This document shows positions 26,189 through 32,000 of a stretch of 32,000 nt of DNA, piece by piece; positions within the stretch are counted from its first letter, which is position 1, and each line of letters begins with the position of its first letter. Where the stretch lies: positions 30,001 to 62,000 of the forward strand of contig BX248583.1 in NCBI GenBank assembly GCA_000043285.1, in the 5' to 3' direction. The notes below the pieces were generated by a model. The model was given only the letters and a program-made list of their open reading frames with translations. It did not search any database and was not told the DNA's origin. Made by a program: the position numbers and the translations under genes. The stretch is from Candidatus Blochmanniella floridana (lineage in GTDB: Bacteria; Pseudomonadota; Gammaproteobacteria; Enterobacterales; Enterobacteriaceae).

Positions 26189-26364
26189 GATTGAGTATAT
26201 ATTTATATTATATTTATTTGTTTATATAGTGTATATGTGGATAAGTGGTCAGGTGTAGTTTAGATTCATAATTATATAAGAGATCATAATCAATTGCATT
26301 AGTTTGATATGATGTATTTAAATAGAGTGTGTTGTGATATCTAGGATAATTATGTTAAGCTTTA

Positions 26365-26943
26365 TTATGTATTATTTATACAAGTAGTGAATACGTTTTT
26401 TACTCCTCGTATGTTCTTTGCAACTTTTTCAGCATATATTCTTTCTTCCAATGTCAATTTTCCTAAAAGAAAAATTTCTCGGTTTTCTGAAATAACTTTG
26501 ATATTATTTATATGGACATTTTTTTGAGTAAATAGATTGAATCGTATTTGACTACTTATAAGGCAATCTAATAAAATATTCTGTAAAGATATGGGTTGAG
26601 ATTGTCGAATAGCGTTATAGATTTTTTTTACTCCATCGATGTGCATAACTATTTGAATAGCTTGATTAGATAATTCAGTAGAGGGAGATTGTCCTGTTAA
26701 TAATATGTTTCCTTGATATACTGTATTTATTATTCTAGTTGATTGTTTAATTTGTTTATTTTTTTGTAGTGCATGATAAATATGTATTTTTAAAATATTA
26801 TCATCTATTTGAGATCCTATAGTACGAGAATCATACCAGGTTGTTGTAACAAATGCAGCAGTTCCAATGGTTAACATGCTTGAACATGCGGATAATGTTA
26901 AAAAAGAGAATAATGCTAATAAAAATATTATATTATTATTCAT
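26365..26943 (-). CDS. dolP: Outer-membrane lipoprotein DolP (YraP), dual BON domain
   Basis: 192 aa. Lipobox LTLSAC, then GTAA......D.R..G.Q.DD..L......AL.K..QIK...RIN....QG..LL.GQSP..EL and GVK.V.T.. as in E. coli YraP. Divergent from rsmI, as the yraL/yraM-P region is in E. coli. Confidence 0.88.
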   Translation of the reverse strand: MNNNIIFLLALFSFLTLSACSSMLTIGTAAFVTTTWYDSRTIGSQIDDNILKIHIYHALQKNKQIKQSTRIINTVYQGNILLTGQSPSTELSNQAIQIVMHIDGVKKIYNAIRQSQPISLQNILLDCLISSQIRFNLFTQKNVHINNIKVISENREIFLLGKLTLEERIYAEKVAKNIRGVKNVFTTCINNT

Positions 26944-27240
26944 GAATATACAAATATTGAATGTTTTTATATGAAAATATATTTTTTATGAATATAATAG
27001 TCAAGACATATGAAATGGGCTATTTTAGCATTGTATAAAGTTATATACAATAGAAGAATTGTAGAAGTTTGATTATATTGTGATTATTAATATTATGGTG
27101 TGTTAATTTTTATTAAATTTTTATTTTTATTTTAATGATATATGTTAGTAAATAATATTTATAATTAATATATTAAATTAAGTTGTGTATTTTAGATAAA
27201 ATACATTATATATTATATAATGTTTGGTTAATATTTTAAG

Positions 27241-28146
27241 ATGAATTTTGACATATTTAATAATAAAAAATGTATATCAGAAATATGTAAAAATAAGACA
27301 TTGTATATTGTTCCAACTCCAATTGGAAATTTACAAGATATTACTTATCGAGCATTGTCTATTTTATGTCAGGTAAATTATATCATTGCGGAAAATATTC
27401 GTCGTACTAAAATTTTACTCAATTCTTTTTCGATTCGTACACCATTATATATTATGAATCGATATAATGAAAATATAAAAGTTCCAGCATTAATTGAAAA
27501 ATTACAACAAGGATATAATATGGCTTTAGTTTCTGATGCAGGTAGTCCTTTGATTAATGATCCTGGATATCGATTAGTGCAGTCATGTCATAAAAAAAAG
27601 ATTAAGGTGGTGTCATTACCTGGGCCTTGTGCTGCTATAGCAGCATTATGTAGTTCTGGATTACCTACGAATAGATTTTGTTTTGAAGGGTTTCTTCCAA
27701 CTAAAAAGAGTGCACGTGTGGATCGTTTAAAGTTGTTATTAGAAGAGTCAAGAACATTAATTTTTTATGATGTAAAATATCGTATAGTAGATAGTTTAAA
27801 GGATATGTTAAATACTTTTGGTGGAGAACGTTATATTGTTTTAGTGCGAGAGTTAAGTAAAATTTGGGAGTCTGTATATGGGGCTCCAGTAAGTCAGTTG
27901 TTGGATTGGGTTCAGCAAGATAAAACACGTATTCAAGGAGAAATGGTTTTAATCGTTTCTGGATATTATGCAAAAAAAAATGATATTTTGTCGCCGAAAA
28001 TGATGCATACCATGAGATTGTTAGCATTAGAAATGTCTGTAAAAAAGGCTGCTATTGTGGCAGGAAAGATATATAATTTTAAAAAAAATATTTTTTACAA
28101 AAAATATTTGAATGAAAAAATAAATAAAATGATGTTGGATGAATGA
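27241..28146 (+). CDS. rsmI: 16S rRNA (cytidine1402-2'-O)-methyltransferase RsmI (YraL)
   Basis: 301 aa. LYIVPTPIGNLQDIT.RAL..L..V..I.AE..R.T..LL, ALVSDAGSPLINDPGY.LV, LPGPCAAIAAL..SGLP..RFCFEGFLP.K, TLIFY and GEMVLIV match E. coli RsmI. Confidence 0.93.
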   Translation: MNFDIFNNKKCISEICKNKTLYIVPTPIGNLQDITYRALSILCQVNYIIAENIRRTKILLNSFSIRTPLYIMNRYNENIKVPALIEKLQQGYNMALVSDAGSPLINDPGYRLVQSCHKKKIKVVSLPGPCAAIAALCSSGLPTNRFCFEGFLPTKKSARVDRLKLLLEESRTLIFYDVKYRIVDSLKDMLNTFGGERYIVLVRELSKIWESVYGAPVSQLLDWVQQDKTRIQGEMVLIVSGYYAKKNDILSPKMMHTMRLLALEMSVKKAAIVAGKIYNFKKNIFYKKYLNEKINKMMLDE

Positions 28147-28172
28147 ATTTAGTTTTATGATAAACTTATGTA

Positions 28173-28588
28173 GAAGCTGACCAGGCAATCGCTGCTTTTC
28201 TAGACTGTTTTATTTTTATACTATGAAAATTGGAGTATGTTGATAGTTAGTAAGTATAGAGAAAGGAGAGGAAAGTCCGGGCTCCGTAGGACAAAGTGCC
28301 AGGTAACTCCTGGGAGATGTGAATCTACGACAAGTGCAACAGAAAAAAACCGCTAAATGTTATTATGAAATTAATAATAAAAGTAAGGGTGAAAAGGTGT
28401 GGTAAGAGCGCACCATACAATTGGTAACAATTTGTAGTAATGTAAACTCCACTTGGAGCAAGGCTAAATAGAAGTTCTATAGTATAGTCCGTACTGAACT
28501 TGGGTAAGCCGCTGTAGTTTTTATGTGAATAAAAACATAGATGAATGATTGCCCGTGACAGAACCCGGCTTATAGGTCAGCTTATATA
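28173..28588 (+). ncRNA. rnpB: RNase P RNA (M1 RNA), bacterial type A
   Basis: 5' GAAGCTGACCAGGCAATCGCTGC pairs with 3' ...GGTCAGCTT (P1). Universally conserved blocks are present: GAGGAAAGTCCGGGCTCC, AGTGCCAGGTAACTCCTGGG, ACAGAAAAAAACCGC, GGTAAGAGCGCACC, GTAAACTCCAC and GACAGAACCCGGCTTA. AT-rich replacements sit in the peripheral helices. The 3' end is uncertain by about 5 nt. Confidence 0.93.
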
Positions 28589-28890
28589 TAATTATACATT
28601 TATTTATTAATAATATATGTATTATATATGTTGTAATGGTTTTATATTGGAACTAAAATTTTGAAATAAATATGGTATTCATATGATGTAAATGAAATGA
28701 AACTAATATATATGGAATGTAATGATTATAGGTATTGATCAAGGGTTATTGTATAGTTGGTTGCATGTGATAGTTGAATATTGTGTTTTTGATATAATTT
28801 AGCGCATAGATTAAATGATATGAATTTTTATTAAATGGATGTGATGTATTTATTCAGTATAAATTTTTATATAGTTATGTAAAAAATAAT

Positions 28891-29466
28891 ATGTTTATTG
28901 TGAATAGCTTAAAAGAATTATTAAGTGCAGTAAATCAAGGGAACTTAACGTTTATTTTTAATATAAAATTAATTTTAATGATTTATGTGTTAGTTTTTGT
29001 TGTATTATTTGTAGAGAATGCTATGCTTTTAGCTTTTTTTTTACCTGGAGATAGTTTATTGATCATTGTAGGGATATTAATTGCAAAAGGTATTTTGAAT
29101 TTTTTTATAACTTTGTTAGCTTTAACAATTGCAGTAAGTTTAGGAAGTTGGGTAAGTTATTTACAAGGAAGATTTTTAAAAAATAGTAGTATTTTTAAAC
29201 GATGGTTATCTTATTTACCTATTCGTTCTTATCAAAGAGCAAGTAATATGTTAGATAAGCATGGATTATGTACTTTATTTGTTGGTCGTTTTGTGACGTT
29301 TTTACGAACAGTCTTACCTACTATGGCAGGAGTGTCTGGGTTAAATTTTTTGAAATTTCAGTTATTCAACTGGATTAGTTCTTTCACTTGGGTATTGATT
29401 TTAATTATAGTAGGTTTTTGTTTGGGACAATCAAAATATCTTTTGAATTTTATATATATTATATAA
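28891..29466 (+). CDS. yqjA: DedA-family inner-membrane protein, YqjA-like
   Basis: 191 aa. FVENAMLLAFFLPGDSLLIIVGILIAKG, SYLQGRFL and YQRASNMLDKHGLCTLFVGRFVTFLRTVLPTMAGVSGLN..KFQLFNW align with E. coli YqjA. It is about 30 aa shorter at the C-terminus. Confidence 0.87.
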   Translation: MFIVNSLKELLSAVNQGNLTFIFNIKLILMIYVLVFVVLFVENAMLLAFFLPGDSLLIIVGILIAKGILNFFITLLALTIAVSLGSWVSYLQGRFLKNSSIFKRWLSYLPIRSYQRASNMLDKHGLCTLFVGRFVTFLRTVLPTMAGVSGLNFLKFQLFNWISSFTWVLILIIVGFCLGQSKYLLNFIYII

Positions 29467-29496
29467 CGTGCATAATACGGTTACTTTATATTATTT

Positions 29497-29570
29497 TGGC
29501 CCTTACTGGATTTGAACCAGTGACCAAGCGATTATGAGTCGCCTGCTCTAACCAACTGAGCTAAAGGGCC
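29497..29570 (-). tRNA. ileX: tRNA-Ile2, anticodon CAU (lysidine-modified minor isoleucine tRNA)
   Basis: The reverse complement is GGCCCTTTAGCTCAGTTGGTTAGAGCAGGCGACTCATAATCGCTTGGTCACTGGTTCAAATCCAGTAAGGGCCA. Its anticodon arm GGCGA-CUCAUAA-UCGCU and acceptor stem match E. coli ileX/ileY, not elongator or initiator tRNA-Met. It lies just downstream of rpoD, as ileX does in E. coli. No CCA is encoded. Confidence 0.85.
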
Positions 29571-29696
29571 ATCCAAAAAATATCATTAAGTGAAAAATAA
29601 TGTTTTATTTAATGTATATTACAGTTCTTGCATTTTCTTATGGATTGTAACATATAATTATTTATATATAAATATATGGTTATCTAATTAATTAGT

Positions 29697-31550
29697 TCAA
29701 TCATCATCTAAAAAACTTTTTAATATTTCTGATCGACTAGGGTGTCTGAGTTTTCTTAATGCTTTAGCTTCTATTTGTCTAATACGTTCTCGGGTCACAT
29801 CAAATTGTTTTCCTACCTCTTCTAAAGTGTGATCGGTATTCATATCTATTCCAAATCTCATACGTAATACTTTTGCTTCTCTTGGAGTTAATCCAGAAAG
29901 TACGTCATTGGTAGCAGCTCTTAAATTGTCTGATGTTGCAGAATCTAAAGGTAAATCAAGATTTGTATCTTCAATAAAATCTCCAAGATGTGAATCTTCA
30001 TCGTCTCCTATAGGAGTTTCCATAGAAACAGGTTCTTTAGCAATTTTTAATACTTTTCTAATTTTATCTTCTGACATAAACATACGTTCTGCTAATTCTT
30101 CTGGTGTCGGTTCACAACCTGTTTCTTGTAAAATTTGACGTGAAACTCGGTTTAGCTTATTGATTGTTTCAATCATGTGTACTGGAATGCGAATAGTGCG
30201 TGCTTGATCTGCTATAGATCGTGTAATAGCTTGGCGAATCCACCAAGTGGCATAGGTAGAAAATTTATAACCACGACGATATTCAAATTTATCTACTGCT
30301 TTCATAAGACCTATATTACCTTCTTGAATTAAATCTAAAAATTGCAATCCTCTATTTGTATATTTCTTGGCGATAGATATGACTAAACGAAGGTTAGCTT
30401 CAACCATTTCTTTTTTAGCTCTTTTAGCTTTAGCTTCTCCAATAGCCATACGTTTATTAATATTTTTTATTTGCTCTATTGTTAATCCTGTTTCTTTTTC
30501 AATTTGATGAAGTTGGTATAAACTTTGTTGTATTTTTGAGTCAACATTGTGTAGTTTTTGGGACCATGATGTATTTAAAGATAAAGCTTTATTTAGCCAA
30601 TCTTTACTAGTTTCATTACCAGAAAATAAATTAATAAATTTTTTTTTAGGCATTTGGCTGACGTCTACACATAGTTTCATAATTAATCGTTCTTGTAAAC
30701 GAATGCGATCCATCATAGAACGCATATTATTAACTAAGTAATCAAATTGTTTAGGAACTAATCTAAATTGTTTAAATACTTCAGAAAGTTTTAAAATTTC
30801 TAATAATGATTGATGATGATCTCTTCCATTATATTTAATTGTGATTCGGGTTTTTTCGTATTGTTTTTGCAAATCTGTAAATTTTTTTCGTGCTAATTCT
30901 GGATCTACATTATTATCATCATCATTTTCTGTATTTTCTTCATCATCAATTATGATTGGAGAATTAATAATTTCTGGTGTGATATAACCATCATGAATTG
31001 TTTTTGTAGATAAGGTATCGTGTTCTAAATTGAGTTCTACAAATCCAGTGACTAAATCTGATAAACGCACTTCACCGGTTTTTACACGTTTGTATTGTTC
31101 TAATAAATAAGTAATTGCTTCTGGATACTCTGCAACTGAACATTGAACTTGATGAATTCCATCTTCAATTCTTTTAGCGATATCTATTTCTCCTTCTCTA
31201 GTTAATAATTCCACTGCACCCATCTCTTTCATATACATGCGTACTGGATCAGTTGTTCTTCCAAGATCTGTATCTACATGAGATAGTGCTTGTACAGCTG
31301 CTTCTGTAGCATCTTCTTCATCATTGTTGGAAGTACCGCAATTTTCTGTTAATAAAAAGTCGTCGGAATCAGGAGCTTCTTCCATCACTTGAATACCCAT
31401 ATCATTCATCATTTGAATAATATTATTGAGTTGATCAGAATCGATTATATCTTCTGGTAAATGGTCATTTACTTCAGAAAAGGTTAGATAACCTTGTTCT
31501 TTACCACGTGTTACAAGTAATTTAAGTTGTGATTGTGGGTTATGATCCAT
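29697..31550 (-). CDS. rpoD: RNA polymerase primary sigma factor sigma-70
   Basis: 617 aa. [35 protein letters not shown] matches the E. coli N-terminus. Also present: an acidic non-conserved region, region 2 ([57 protein letters not shown]) and region 4 ([29 protein letters not shown]). A GGGAG Shine-Dalgarno lies upstream. Confidence 0.98.
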   Translation of the reverse strand: MDHNPQSQLKLLVTRGKEQGYLTFSEVNDHLPEDIIDSDQLNNIIQMMNDMGIQVMEEAPDSDDFLLTENCGTSNNDEEDATEAAVQALSHVDTDLGRTTDPVRMYMKEMGAVELLTREGEIDIAKRIEDGIHQVQCSVAEYPEAITYLLEQYKRVKTGEVRLSDLVTGFVELNLEHDTLSTKTIHDGYITPEIINSPIIIDDEENTENDDDNNVDPELARKKFTDLQKQYEKTRITIKYNGRDHHQSLLEILKLSEVFKQFRLVPKQFDYLVNNMRSMMDRIRLQERLIMKLCVDVSQMPKKKFINLFSGNETSKDWLNKALSLNTSWSQKLHNVDSKIQQSLYQLHQIEKETGLTIEQIKNINKRMAIGEAKAKRAKKEMVEANLRLVISIAKKYTNRGLQFLDLIQEGNIGLMKAVDKFEYRRGYKFSTYATWWIRQAITRSIADQARTIRIPVHMIETINKLNRVSRQILQETGCEPTPEELAERMFMSEDKIRKVLKIAKEPVSMETPIGDDEDSHLGDFIEDTNLDLPLDSATSDNLRAATNDVLSGLTPREAKVLRMRFGIDMNTDHTLEEVGKQFDVTRERIRQIEAKALRKLRHPSRSEILKSFLDDD

Positions 31551-31709
31551 AAAATAACTCCCACGATTGTAAAAAGTTTAATTTAATAATTGTAATTTTC
31601 ATTTATAATTCTAAGTATAAAATTATTTAATTTGTTATTTTATATAAAAGTATTGTTAAATAATTTTGTAATAAATGATGATTAATCTAATACATGTATG
31701 GTAACTTAT

Positions 31710-32000
31710 TTATGTTAATGTATGTTTTGATAGTGTTTGATTTAATAACCATAATTCTTGACGCTCTTCTATTTTTAAAGTAGATGTACGATCACGTGAA
31801 ATAAGTATGTTTTGTCTATGTTCAAGAATTAAATCATATAATTTGGTTAATGTATCAATAAAAGTTACAGTAATCATATCGTCGGTAATCATGTGATTCC
31901 AATGTGCTAAACGTATTATGTTAGTAAAACAATTATTTTCATCGTGTTGATGATAATAATGTATTAATTGTTCGGTAGTTAAGTATGGATAAGATTTACA
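31710..32000 (-). CDS. dnaG: DNA primase DnaG, C-terminal (DnaB-binding) portion; 5' part lies outside the window
   Basis: The reading frame is open from the window edge: CKSYPYLTTEQLIHYYHQHDENNCFTNIIRLAHWNHMITDDMITVTFIDTLTKLYDLILEHRQNILISRDRTSTLKIEERQELWLLNQTLSKH. It parallels the E. coli DnaG C-terminus (LTTGQLLEHYRG...FTDSLNHMFDSLLELRQEELIARERTHGLSNEERLELWTLNQELAKK). The dnaG-rpoD operon order is conserved. Confidence 0.9.
   Translation of the reverse strand, partial: CKSYPYLTTEQLIHYYHQHDENNCFTNIIRLAHWNHMITDDMITVTFIDTLTKLYDLILEHRQNILISRDRTSTLKIEERQELWLLNQTLSKHTLT

Noticed and set aside
26236-26244. Perfect DnaA box (TGTGGATAA = TTATCCACA on the other strand) in the rpsI/dolP convergent spacer.
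   Set aside because: It is a single 9-mer with no cluster of boxes, no AT-rich 13-mers and no neighbouring origin-associated genes. My rough estimate is that about one such hit per few tens of kb is expected by chance.
26333-26360. dif-like sequence (TTATGTTAAG resembles the XerD arm TTATGTTAAAT) near the dolP stop.
   Set aside because: The would-be XerC arm (TGTGATATCTA versus GGTGCGCATAA) matches poorly. The site also abuts a stop codon in an ordinary convergent spacer.
1-32000. Search for mobile elements, CRISPR arrays, prophage or defence islands, toxin-antitoxin pairs, and rRNA, tmRNA or other structured RNAs.
   Set aside because: I recognised no transposase, integrase or phage-like ORFs, no regularly spaced direct repeats, no terminal inverted repeats flanking genes and no rRNA-like conserved blocks. 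Every ORF above 130 aa is accounted for by a housekeeping orthologue.

Overview
This window is very AT-rich (roughly 27% GC by eye) and gene-dense. Every long ORF aligns end to end with a well-known E. coli housekeeping protein, and spacers are long and AT-rich. I found no IS elements, phage genes, integrases, CRISPR arrays or toxin-antitoxin-like pairs. It looks like core chromosome of a reduced enterobacterial insect endosymbiont (Blochmannia-like composition and gene content), but I cannot confirm the organism without a search.

Gene order is a chain of ancestral E. coli synteny blocks with the intervening genes deleted:
- zur(partial)/dnaB-ssb-yjcE-gltP
- ridA-argI-valS-holC-pepA, divergent from lptF-lptG
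- a LysR-type regulator
- tRNA-Leu(CAA), then znuC-znuB-like ABC importer genes
- lptC-lptA-lptB, divergent from ibaG-murA
- degQ, yhcB, rplM-rpsI
- dolP, divergent from rsmI
- rnpB, yqjA, tRNA-Ile2(CAU), rpoD and dnaG(partial)

I see no convincing novel multi-gene system. The points worth a second look are:
- a near-consensus Zur operator in front of the orphan znuCB pair, with zur also in the window;
- three unusually long perfect inverted repeats at gene 3' ends, one inside the pepA reading frame and one built from the last codons of murA;
- a retained LysR regulator;
- ARG-box-like dyads upstream of argI;
- many in-frame A/T 9-10 homopolymers;
- tRNA genes without encoded CCA.

All coordinates of small elements were derived by hand from the printed sequence.
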